Source of the DNA: Euglena gracilis | Lineage: Eukaryota | Assembly (NCBI GenBank): GCA_039621445.1 | Contig: CP154954.1 | Location: 49,641,847-49,705,846, forward strand | DNA length: 64,000 nucleotides | Direction: 5' to 3' | In this document: positions 25,701 to 45,113 of the stretch, piece by piece | Layout of the letters: the number at the start of each line of letters is the position of its first letter | Position numbering within the stretch: position 1 is the stretch's first letter | Notes under the pieces: model-generated | What the model was told of the DNA's origin: nothing | Seen by the model: only the letters and a program-made list of their open reading frames with translations | The model's database searches: none | Made by a program: the position numbers and the translations under genes

Positions 25701-28700
25701 AGCACCACACGTTCAGGGCAGACATTTATCAAGCCAAAACAAAATTTGTTGTTTGGGCGACTGGGACCAACAGACTGGATCAAAATGTGAACAGCAGTTT
25801 CAACCGAAATTGCAGCGGTGTGACGCTTGGCTTTCAGTTGTTGGGAGAGGGGGAGGGGACAGGTGGAAAACAACAGGGCAGGGATGGGATGCAGTAGCCT
25901 GAGAAACAATATTGGTTGAAACCCATGTTCAGCAGCATTTTGCACGCAGAAATATAGGGGGTGATAGCTTCGGAACCAGTCGTACACCTGCAGTGCGGTA
26001 TTGTGTCTCTTCCCTCCCCCACGTACATAACATCCCTGATACCCTCAAAACTCCCCTGGTGTATTTATGGGGAGGTCCAATAAAGGCAAAATCCCCTGGA
26101 CTGGTCACCAGCGGCCTTGGACGGGTCACTGGAGGCCAAAAAAAGTGCGATTGGGAGGGAGGGTGTTACTTAATTGGGGTGGCATTTATGTCGGGAGTGG
26201 TTCCATATCTATTAAAATATGCTGTGTGGTACAGTGTCATGTGGTGTGAGGAAGCTGGACGATGCAAACTTAAAAACAGGAGGGGCTCGTTGCTGGGTTT
26301 TGCAATGCGAGTACCCCTGGGCCAAGGTGCTGGACACCGGCCTGCGGCAGGCCTTCTATGAGCTGTCCCATCCAGGCTGAATTTTGAAGGTGAGGCCGAC
26401 CCCGCTCCGGGAGGGGGGGTAATGCCTGGCTGCCAGACACTCAAAGGCCCTCCGACATCCCCCTCTGCCGGGGGTTGGACATACTCAGCCTAGTCCCATC
26501 CAGACCAGCAGCTGCACTCTTATGTCCTGAACAATGCCCACACAGGCGCTTTGGTTGGCTCTGAAGGGGGAGGGTTGCACCGGTTATTGCTTAAGGGTTC
26601 GCAGTGCCCCGGGGGGGGGGGGGTGAATTCAGGGGGGAGAAAATTGCACCGTGCAATTTTTGCAGTTTTGTGCAATTTTCGATTTTCCTGAAATGTGCAA
26701 TTTTTGGCAATTTTGTGCAATTAATTGCACATGGCCCAGGATATTTTGTTTTGGAAAATGTCAGTTTTTGATGCCTTTGAGAGCTTACCGGTTTTTTTTT
26801 TGCTGGGAAACTGATGTGCGTAGTGAAAATTTCCGTTCAAAGGCTGTTTATTGTTGGTTTACTCAGTGTGCGAACCCTAACTTGAGTCCCCTGCCCAAGT
26901 GTCTTCCAACAGAAAAGGAAAAGGAAAAAGGAAGAAAAAAGGAGTTTTTTTTATTTTTTTTGGAAAACCGTGCAATACGTTTTTTTTGGTTTTCGTGGTG
27001 CATGGTCCCTGGCATTCTTGTGAAGTCTGTCCATGCCTCTACACGTCGTCGGGTTTTCAAATTTCTCAAGGCGCAAGGTCGCCCCCTGACCCTCCCCCCC
27101 AAAGTAGGGGGCACCCGCTGGAACTCTTGCAGGGTTTTCCCCCTCAAGAAAAGGACCCTGTTACTGTGCAGGGACGCTTTTAAATGGTGGTGTGAGCATC
27201 TTTTGGAAATGAAAAATTTTTTAGCATCGGAAGTACAGCGCATGACACGTTGCGTCTTCCGCTGGATGATGAAAAAATTCAGGATGTCCACTATGATGCT
27301 GTTCAATGGTGACATTGATGGCCGCTTTGTTTGACCGCGGCGGACTGCTGCCCAACAGGCTTCACCTGTTTTGCTGTGCCGCGCTGTCATTTTTGGATGT
27401 TCTTGACAAAGGAACAAGATGAGTCTCCAAGTAGGTGCATGTGTGCATGCTCGTTACAAGGGATCCAATGCAATCTCCAAGTATGTGCAATTTTGTGCAA
27501 TTTTGTGCAATTTTGTGCACTTTTGTGCAATTTTTTTTGCACTGCAATTTTTGACCTTCCGATGTGCAATTTCTCCCCCCCCCTGCTGAACTGCAGCTAG
27601 TCCAAATCTGCCCAGTGGGAATTCCAGTGGACTCCCCGGCGGGGGTCCGCCAGCAGGGCTAGCTAGTGGAAAGATTGAAAAAGATTGAATTTTTTTTCAA
27701 AACTTGCCAAAAATGGCCATATTTGGCCATGTTTGGGATTTTTTTTTGGAACATTTAAAACCTGATGTCCACCTCGGCACACAGCGCCGAAAATTTTTTT
27801 CCAGTCAGGGGGGACCCCCGGACACCGGCATTAAGTGAGCGTTGGTTTTGTACAGAGGGGTCCCTCCTCCCTCGGAGTAAGAGGCGGGGTCCAACCCCCC
27901 CCCCACCCCCCCCCTCATTTTCTTCTTGCTCCAAGAAAACATCCAAGGCTGGGGTCGAGTGGAATACCAAAGCAAATAGAAATAAGGGAACAGTGAGAGG
28001 ACACATCCATTTTGATTGTGTGATCAGTTCTGAGTCGGACGTTCACAACGCTGGAGAGCCTTTGTGACCTGGTCAGGGCCCAGATCCCGAAGTACGAGCT
28101 CGACCAGCTGTTTTTGGCGAAGGATGAGATCGCCAAAACCCTGAAAACCGAGCTGGAGCATGAAATGAATCAGTTTGGCTACACGATCGTGCAGACCCTC
28201 ATCACGGACATAGACCCTGCTCCGCTTTATGCTTGAAACCACAACCTCATCAGCTCATCGTCTATGCTTTGGAAATTCTGTCGGTGTGAGTTGATTTCCA
28301 CCATCGTCATAAAGCGCTCGTTTAGAGAAAACAAAAGCAAACAAACGCATACGCACATATCCAACCTCCGCATGTGACCAAGTGTGCCCGAGTCAACCTG
28401 TGCTTTTGCTGCGAAAGCGCATTAAAAAACTCCTCCAAAAGGGAAGCACTGTTTCTTTTGATTTGACTTTAACATGCCACGTTGACGTCGTGTACTGTGG
28501 CATTTTTTTTTCTTTTTCAATCTGGCAAGCGATTTCCAGAATACCAAGCATGCTTCAGAATCAGACGCAACGGTGAAGCGTGCTGGACAGGCTTCTTCAA
28601 AGCAGTCTCCTCTCCTCCAACTTAGCAACAAACTGTTACCGGCTGACAGGGATAAGATCAGACAGACCGCAGGAGAGTTCGACAGACCTGTCCTATATGG

Positions 28701-31634
28701 TGGCCAGATGTTTCTTTTAAAGGCTGGCGACCCGTGGGCTAAGTTACCCCCCCCCCCACCAGAATGCTGTAGTTACCCCATAGCACAAGGCACATTAGTT
28801 TGGTTCAAAAGGGGTGTTGTTATCATAGAGGGGGGGAAGGGGGGTTTCCAGAAAAAAAAGAAAGATGAGTTGGGGGATGGCCACAGGCCCCCTCTCCCCA
28901 CCACCCAGGGTATTAAGTGAGCGTTGGTTTTGTCCAGGATGGAAGGGGTCAAACTATTGGGGTCCATATCCCCCTTTCCCCTTTCAGACCAAGGGTGAGG
29001 GGGTGTCCGGGACCGACCCAGAAACCAAAATTATTTTTCTTTGGCACTTCGTGCCGGTGAAGATGAAATTTTGAGTGTACGGTTGGCCGATACTTTTTTC
29101 AGCAAAAAAGTGCGCGAGAACGCCACTTTTGGGCCTGTTTGTCAAGGGCCGAATTATTCCGGTGCATTCCACTAAAAAATTTTTGCCCAGGGGAAGTGGG
29201 GTCCGACCCTCCCCTCCAGGGGGAGGGAGAGGGGTCCAGACCACCCCGCCTCCCCTCCTCTCTGCCACTTAAATACCCTGCCCCCACCGTCCGTCACCCC
29301 CCCCCCTGTGCTGGCCCGGAGGGCATGGAATTCGAGACTGTGGTCACTGCTGCAATGTGCGAAAACGTTGTACACAGAACTTCCCAATTTTTTCCTGTTG
29401 CCATCTTGCCTATGTTGATTACTCTCTGGGAAACTGCAGCAAAAACAATAAAACCTTCTTTCAAATATTGTTCACAAATTACGTGATCTGACGCTCCATG
29501 AAGACTCTTCCAGGTTACCAAAAGCCGTTATTTATAACTCATTGTTGGCCTGGATGCAAAGCAAACTTGAGTGCAAGGACTCCATAGATTGTCAAATGAA
29601 GCCTGGGGCTATGAATGACATCAACGCTGCCCAGCGATTGCGTGTCGCCTTCATACTTCCTTTCCTCTGTTCGTTGCCGAGTCGGCTACTTGAATTTTTC
29701 CAACATTTCTGAATCTTGCAGCAGTTTCCAAAATCGTTCAGTTACGACTCTGCCCTGTCTCTGTCAGTGAAAGGCAGTATGGCAACGGCTCATGACAAGG
29801 CGGAGGCGGAGAAGTTGGCAATTGTCAAAGCAGCTGAGGCGGATGCCGAGAGCAAACGGCTCTCTAAGGGAGAGGGCCAAGGGATGGCAACACTATCCTC
29901 TACATCAGCAGAATAGTGGAAGTGCAGTGGAATTGGGGCCTCTTTCCTGTTTCCCGAACAACCCCCCCCCCCCGAAGAGCTTCCCCCGCCTACCATGATC
30001 CAAGGTGGCCACTTATTTTAAGGAAGCTTCCCATATCGTGGCCGAAGTTTATTCAAATTTGCATGATTCTGAAAAGAGTTTTACATGTTCTTTCGTATTC
30101 CCAGGAAACCGTTTTGTGCCGTTTCTTATGTTTACACTCCCCTGAACCTACGAAAAGAATTTTTAAGATTTACAAAGTGCAAAGTTGTGTCCACAAGTCC
30201 ACACTTTGTGCTGCTCTTGTATCAAAAGGTCCTCCCCCTCGTTGGGCGTTGGCCTGGCCGAGCAACGCAAGGCGATCATTATGGGCCTCCATGACTCCAT
30301 TCGAATGTTCACAGCCCGACAGAGGTACCCCACAGACGTTACCCCTTCATTTACAGGACAGCTGTGTGTCCTTTGTGTTTTTCTTCGTAGTTGAGGAGAT
30401 GCCTCTCCCCCACACCAACATCACGCAGTCGGAGGTGATGGAGCTGCTCCTCATGAATCAGTACTTCGACACCCTGAAGGAGATGACCGCTTCCTCTCAC
30501 GCGAAGACAATCTTTGTTCCCCACGACCCGGTCGCAGGCCGGGCCATCCCCTGGAGTTGTGTGATACCGCTGCTGGTCCGTTGCTCACTCCAAAAGTGTT
30601 GGACAGGGTGGTGCATGAACCCCCACCCCAAGACAAAGCATCTAATTGAGAGCATGCATCCATTTGAGGGCCCCTGGGGGTTGCTGAGCTTGGGTTAGAA
30701 TTCGGGCTGCCTTGCTAATTCCCTCCGGGGGCTGTGCAGGCTGGGCCGTACCAAATGGGACAATTGCCAAAAAATCACCTGCAGAACACAGCTTTGAAAA
30801 GAAAATGAGCGTCTGGTGACTCCCCAAAACCCCCTGAAAACCCTCAAATAAACTTTTTTTTTAACCCTTTTCGACCATTTCCCCATGGTTTCACTCAGCA
30901 AAAGGGGGCTGGATGTTGGGCTGGTGGTACCCCGGAGGGGGGTGCTGTGCGGCTGGACCGGGCCAAAATCGACCTCTGGGGTCTGCAAAACCTTAGAGAG
31001 CCAATGACCCATACCTTTTAATGAGGTGCCAGCACCGGTGGCATTGGTAGCCCAGCGATGATTCATTCTTCAAATGAACTTCAGATGAAGGGGTTTTCTC
31101 TGAAATGCGAATTCCCTCCACTAAAACCACGCGCCAGAGAGAGAAGGGATACAGAAAACCTCGCACTGTCCCCCAGACGCCCCAGATGGAATTACAGCAT
31201 TTTTCACACCGAATATTGCGTATGCCGTATCCTGGGGTGCTTGCTGGCGATGGGCTTTTTTAGCCTGCCCAAACGAGGGCATTTTCATTTATTTCATTTC
31301 GTCGAAAAAAGTGCTCAAACACAGTCAAAATTGGTGAAATGAAATGAGCGTTTTTCTCCTTACATGGTTTCCGTGCATATTTTTTTGACTGAAATTTCAG
31401 TCCAGCTGCATTTGGATGATTTCCTTTTGGGCTGTAGCCCGGTCAAGCCTGGCAGTCACCTGGCCTCCTCCCCGCCGTCCTCCGCTGTGCTAACTGTATT
31501 CCCCATCCTTCAATTTGCGGGAAAAACAGCCTGACACATCACACCACATGTGGTGGCTCGCCCTCGCCCAGGGCATCGGGCAGCAGATACGACAGGGTTT
31601 GCTGGAGGCTGGTCAAAGCTTTAAAATGGACTGA
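19797..31634 (+). CDS. SPFH/band-7 protein, hypersensitive-induced-response (HIR)-like, ~285 aa. Exons approx. 19797-19991, 22299-22320, 26325-26369, 26498-26529, 28066-28218, 28564-28584, 29611-29643, 29779-29865, 30245-30313, 30393-30530, 31572-31634
   Basis: Joined translation MGCVYCVEQSEVAIVESWGKY...ETKTADNVFVT/VICSISYQ/VLDTGLRQAFYELSH/PDQQLHSYVL/DLVRAQIPK...GYTIVQTLITDIDP/DATVKRA/MNDINAAQRLR/MATAHDKAEAEK...SKRLS/GVGLAEQRKAII.../...QYFDTLKE...IFVPHDP/GIGQQIRQGLLE is colinear with plant HIR proteins. The exons total 858 nt in frame; several junctions are ambiguous by a few nt. Confidence 0.9.
20608..20679 (+). pseudogene. Degenerate tRNA (Thr-AGT-like) or tRNA-derived SINE head in intron 1
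   Basis: A box AGCTCAGTGG, T-arm GTGGG-TTCGAGC-CCCAC, AGT in the anticodon position; acceptor stem has 2 mismatches and U8 is replaced by A. Confidence 0.6.
21045..22473. repeat. Long inverted repeat pair (arms ~21045-21170 and ~22341-22473)
   Basis: TTAGCAGGGGCACCGTTACAATGAAACGG versus CCGTTTCATTGTAACGGCGCCCCTGCTAA; related mini-hairpins at ~20103-20180 and 21301-21349. Confidence 0.85.
22025..22155 (+). pseudogene. PHD-finger-like fragment, probably transposon-derived
   Basis: VRCEVCSVWWHWKCV...WMCEGC matches the CxxC-x4-HxxC...W.CxxC pattern; isolated inside intron 1. Confidence 0.5.
26370..26497 (+). other. 128-nt nonconventional intron equivalent to a MITE with a perfect 8-bp TSD
   Basis: GTCCCATC (26365-72) CAGGCTGA...TCAGCCTA GTCCCATC (26493-500); removal restores ELSHPDQQLHSYV. 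Confidence 0.85.
26630..27585 (+). mobile_element. hAT-derived element with a transposase remnant, inside SPFH intron 4
   Basis: TIR CAGGGGGGAGAAAATTGCAC / GTGCAATTTCTCCCCCCCCCTG, TGTGCAATTT subterminal repeats, internal frame with PPKVGGTRWNS (hAT TRW motif). Confidence 0.75.
28585..29610 (+). other. Textbook euglenid nonconventional intron
   Basis: T|GGACAGGCTTC...GAAGCCTGGGGCT|A: CAG at +4..+6, CTG at -8..-6, extended pairing; joins VKRA to MNDIN. Confidence 0.9.
28906..29280. mobile_element. hAT-type MITE nested in a nonconventional intron
   Basis: TIR CAGGGTATTAAGTG / CACTTAAATACCCTG; flanks CCACCACC / CCCCCACC (7/8). Confidence 0.85.
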
Positions 31635-34456
31635 ACTCTGTCCCCGACCACTGCTGTCTGGGGGCCTCCCCAGTCAGGGCGTCGCTGAAGCCAGAGAAGG
31701 GTACCAACTGCCTGCCAGAAGGCAGCCCCCGAAGCGACTACCTGGAAGGTGTCAAAGTTGATGTGGGCCAAAGTTGGACGAAAATGCACCTGGCACACAT
31801 CATTGGTTGATTCCCAGTTGTTTTTTTCCTCGCAGTTTTCGAGCCTGGCTGGACCTTGGCCCCATTCCGATCGGGACAGCCAGAAATTTTTCCAGCCAGC
31901 CCGAATTTCCTTTCCTCTGAACTTCCTCTGAGCTGGATCCTTCACTGGAGGGTTACCCCCTCAAATAATACCCCCTGGGGTATTTTTTTTCCGCCCGATG
32001 TCCCAGCCGAGGAGGAGGGTATTATTGACCCCAAAATTTTCGAAATTTTTCGAAGTCCCATAGGACCCAAAATAGCACCCAAACCCCCCCCTTTGGTCAT
32101 CTATTTTACTTTCTCATGAAATTTAGCATTTTTGGAGGCCAGATGGTCCAGAGAAATCGATTTATCGTCAAAGATTAATATTTTTCTACGTACATTTTCA
32201 GGTCAAAATCCGGGGTGTCGGCCCGAAATTGGGGGGGGGGGGAATTAAATCGGTCACCGAAGTCCCGCCCCGGGGGGGGGTATTATTTGGGGGGGGGGGT
32301 TTATTCAAAGAGGTTCTTTCCCCAGCTTTTGACCTCCTCCTCACCCCGCCCACCATGCCCACCCTGCCAATCGCACGTGTCTTGCCCGCCTCCCCGCAAT
32401 GTACAGTACCTGGCTCAGGCCTTCCCCTGCAAACCATCACCTAGGTTAAAGTTTGTGTTTCTTGCTTCCTGGGGGGTTCGAAATCAGTTTGGTTGCCCAG
32501 CCGGATTCTTAAGGTTCTCAGGGGGTTGGATGGGTGAGTTCACCCTTGCCTTGAGGGTGTCCACATTGGATGGCTGGTAAAAGATGCAAACCTTGGTTGG
32601 GTGTGGGAGAAAGTTCCCCAGGATCTCAATTATCATTGAGCTGACCCCCCCCCCCTTCGCCAGCGTCTTGGTCTCGAGGCAACGTGGAACCTAGGGAAAT
32701 ATATGTTTCATTCTCCATCTGCTTTCTTCGAGTGAAATTATGGGGGCGGCCCTGTCACTGGCCTGTGTCTTCTTCCACTGGCCTACACCCACCCCTCAGG
32801 CACTGCCTTTGAGCAGAGGTTCTGTAACATATGCCTGGGCCTCTGAACCCCGCACCGCGCATCCGCACCTTCACTGGCGTGCCCTTTTCTTGACCCAGCG
32901 TTTTCATTTGCATTTCCATCCCAGAAAAAAGCTATTGCACAAGGACAGCTGAAAGTACCGAGGAATCTTATTTTATCGAGACATTGCTATTTTCTTTGGA
33001 GGCACTGGCTGCAGAAGGTTTCATCATCCCCGAGAGCCCTCTGTCGACCCCGCGACAAAAGGATATTCCTTTGGGGATGGGCCATTGCCTAGTACCCAAA
33101 ATACGGCTTGATTTGGATCAGAATGCGTTTCATTTTCTGATCACCGCTCATATTTCTCGGGCAAATGACAAGAGCAAGCCCCCCTCCCCACCCTCAACCT
33201 AGTTGGAGGAGATCTGGAACCCACTTGGCGGGATTGGCCATTTTTTTTTCCTGCGGAAGGGTTCCCCCCACCCATGCCAGTGCATGGAGACCGGGGAGTC
33301 CAATTGTGTCCAGAACGACTCCATCTCCGGAGAAAATGCCTGATCATAATTGGTGGATGATCACCAAAGCATGAGGTGATGAATTTGGCGAAGTTCCAGA
33401 GTGCTCAGTGTGGCAGCTGATGACTGTGGTTTCAGCGCGATTTGGTTGCCATACTGTTGCTTGTACAATTTATTTTGTTTATTATATTATATATTATATG
33501 TTGTATATTAAAAGGCGCACCAAATTCAAGTCTTTCACATTAGCCAATAACGACCAAAAAAGCCCAAAATGGCCATATTCCCCCACCAATGGGCAATTTT
33601 TGCCAACCTGGGGTCCCCTTTCCCCCTTGTCTGGCGACCCCCCCCCCCCCCCACCCAGAGGCCATCGGTTTTCAGAGAAATATTGTGCCAAATTGGCCAT
33701 TTCCCCATTTTCACGCCCCAAATTGGCCATTTGGCCTGGGAAAAATTTATCCCCCCAAAATGGGCCATTTTGGTCCAAAAGGTGCTGATTGTTCCCCCTC
33801 CCAGGTTGGCCATTGTCCAAGGCCGCCCAAGGGGTGGCCAATCTGGGGGGGGTGAGGGTCAATTGTTTCCAGTGTTCATCTCCGACTGCGGGACAATCTG
33901 GTAAGGTTTCAGTTCGCCCTAAGGCCCCCCAAGGGGGGGGGATGGTTTGGACCCCTGGGGGGGGGTCCAAACCATCCCCCCCACCAGCCCAGAAATATGC
34001 AGGCTGGTAGTGTCCTGCCCCCCGGGGGGGGGCAGGATACTACCTGCGACGGTATTGCTTGGGGTTACTGAAGGGGTTGTGTATATAGTGTGCCAAAAGT
34101 TTGTGTACCCCCTCGGGTTTTGTTGGGGGGGGGACTCAACCCCAAGCCCCAAAGCCCATGTTACCGATGGGCTGTGGTGATGGTGTGCGCACACACCCCA
34201 GTATTGACCACCTCGCCCCCTTGCCGGGCTGGGGTTTGAGTGCCAAACAAAAGGGCCACAGATTGAAAGGTTTTGCTCTTGCACAATTGGCCTCAGATTT
34301 GCACAAAGCCCTGTGTGTGGCAGAGGTTGGTGCTGCTGTGCGGCAGGTCTGTGCAAGCATTTACACCCCATCACCACAGCCCATGGGTAACATAGGCTTT
34401 GGGGTTGAGTGCGCGCCCACAAAACTCGAGGGGGTATAAAATTTTTTTGGCACACT

Positions 34457-34501
34457 CCACACACACACACACACACACGCACACACACACACACACACAC
34501 A

Positions 34502-34588
<87 letters not shown>

Positions 34589-34591
34589 GCA

Positions 34592-34671
<80 letters not shown>

Positions 34672-34681
34672 CACACACACA

Positions 34682-34761
<80 letters not shown>
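34457..34761 (+). repeat. (CA)n/(CGCA)n microsatellite
   Basis: Directly visible. Confidence 0.95.
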
Positions 34762-34765
<4 letters not shown>

Positions 34766-34989
34766 AGCAGGGTCAACATCAGAATGAAAAATTGAGAAAT
34801 GAAGTTAAAATATGCACCGTGAGGACTTGAGTTCGAGAATTTTATCCAAAAAACATATGTCACAAAATAATGAACCCCTGATCCCAAAATGATATGCCCC
34901 CGGTGCATTATTTGGGGCACTGGCGTTTATTTGCAAGAAGGACAGGTAATGTGCGCATGTGTTTTCCCACGAACCTCGCAGGGGAGGCG

Positions 34990-43152
<8,163 letters not shown>

Positions 43153-43476
43153 ACCCTCCCTCCGAACGTTAAAATCGCGTGATTTTGCTTTTGAGCGGAG
43201 ACACTGCAATCCCCCTCCTCCCGCGGATTTCTTTCGACGGCCTTGTTCCAACCTGGCCGGCCCCATATCGCATAAAGGAACATGGCCAGTGATCAAAATT
43301 GATCTTGGACCATTTATCTTTGTGACGACTTGCGATATTCTTTGCGCAAAACCAAACCGCCCCAAATGTGAACACTCACCCCATCATATTCCCTGATTTT
43401 GACTTTGCCTTTTTTTGGAGCCAAATGGGCTTTCCATTGCCTATTTTGAGATTATTCTTTTCACTGGTTTTTGATT

Positions 43477-45108
43477 TCACATCTGAAGCGGTGATCGGGA
43501 CCTTTGGCGATAACCCGAAGATTGTGATTGTCCGGATTTGTGTGAAAACCCAGAGGAGCGTGAGCTCCGCGAGGATTGTGAACCCCTTGGACTCTGATAC
43601 CGCTTTCGCGTATCAGGGTGGGGGGAATCACGGGACGTATGCCCCGCTTTGTTGCACAAAAAGCAAGTTTTGTCAGAAGATTGGTCAGATGAGCGCGGAT
43701 AGCGCGTTTTTGTATCTCCTCTTGGAGAATTTGTATGTTTACCGTATCCCCGTGGGGATTTTGGCGATTTTGGAGAAGAAGTCTTTTGTAGGGCACTTAC
43801 CGTACCGCTAGGGAGACCAGCGGTAGGGTGGTGGGTGTAAGCCGATTGTATCTGTCCCAAAAGTTGTGAGAGTTTCATTTGTTTGTATACAGAGTTACAT
43901 TGTTGTTCTAGTGTATGTTTGTTGGCCGCGAGTTCCTCGCGGTGAATGTCCTTGATAATTGTAGGAATGAAATGGAGGAGAACCGCATCGAATTGTTCTT
44001 CTTTCATTATGTTCACTCCCAGTTCATCAACCTCAGAAGCCAATCCCACCCAATTGGAATACCAAAGGTCGATGGACTTCCATTTTCGGTCACTGGGCGC
44101 GAATTGCCGCCATTTTTTCTCCAGCGTAATTCGCGAAATGAGGCTTGAACAGGTTGACGCATATTGGTCAACCAGTTCATCAAAAGTTATCCGATTCCGG
44201 ATCACAAGTTGTCGGGCGCGTTCTTTTTCTTCCTTGGGGAGGCAATCAATGAATTCCATCTTGATTACCTCAGGGTTCCCATCCTGGGTTGGACCCTTCA
44301 AGTCCCAGTAGTATGTCCAGTCGCGCCAAAATTGTTTCCAAGTTGTGGGATCTCCGTCCCATTGTGGCTTTATCTTGTTAGCAATTGTGATTGTACCTTT
44401 GAAATCGCGTTGTGGACCACGATTTCCATCGTAATTGTTGGGGTAAGGTTGTTGTTGTGGCATGCGCGAATGCGCATCCATGATGGTACTCATGGTACCG
44501 TAGGTACCATGGGTATTTGGTACATCGCAATTCCGCGAATTGTATGGTTGTGGTTCACGATTCCGCGATTCGGGTTGTAAAGGGTCGCGATTCCGTGATT
44601 CGGGGTGTGGCAACATACCAGGGGGGTAGGAATCCCGTTGTTCACCCGCAAATCGGGGAACCGCGGTAAATTCCGTGTTTCGCATTCGCGATCCATGGCC
44701 AATACCCGGGGTAGGGGTATGGCTCATACCACGAATCAGTCCCGATTCGCGAAGTTCTTGTTGTAAAACCGGAGGATTCGCAGTTTTTGTGGTAAAAACC
44801 GGTTCCTCATCCGAAGATTCACCCTTAGGGGGGGGGGGGAATCTTGAGTTGTGGAATAAACGGGCGATTGTAATCGTGATTGTAGGCATGTTCATGATCA
44901 TGTGCATCCGTGGATGCTTGTAGGGCACGCACATCCGAAGATGCTTGTAGGGATGCGCATACTGCGCTTTTGGAAGGATTGGCATCCAACGAATCGCGAA
45001 TTTGATGCACAAAGTCGCGAGTTGGATGTCGGGCATCCGAAGATGCTTTGGTTGATGCGCGAAAAGCGCGTTGTGAGCTGGAAGTTGCATTTTGACCACC
45101 GAAAACAC
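43477..45108 (-). pseudogene. Gag-like ORF (capsid-like region plus degenerate zinc knuckle)
   Basis: WDGDPTTWKQFWRDW (gag-type F/W-x-G...W..F motif) and CFLCNKAGHTSRDS (CCHC with the last C changed to S), then a Ser/Arg-rich tail; frameshifted at both ends. Confidence 0.75.
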
Positions 45109-45113
45109 GGTTT

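Noticed and set aside
31452-31470. Possible extra SPFH micro-exon (G/S-HLAS) after a CAGGC/GCCTG stem starting at 30535
   Set aside because: No convincing downstream junction, and a direct GT-AG join 30531-31571 is in frame. Left unresolved; cDNA would settle it.
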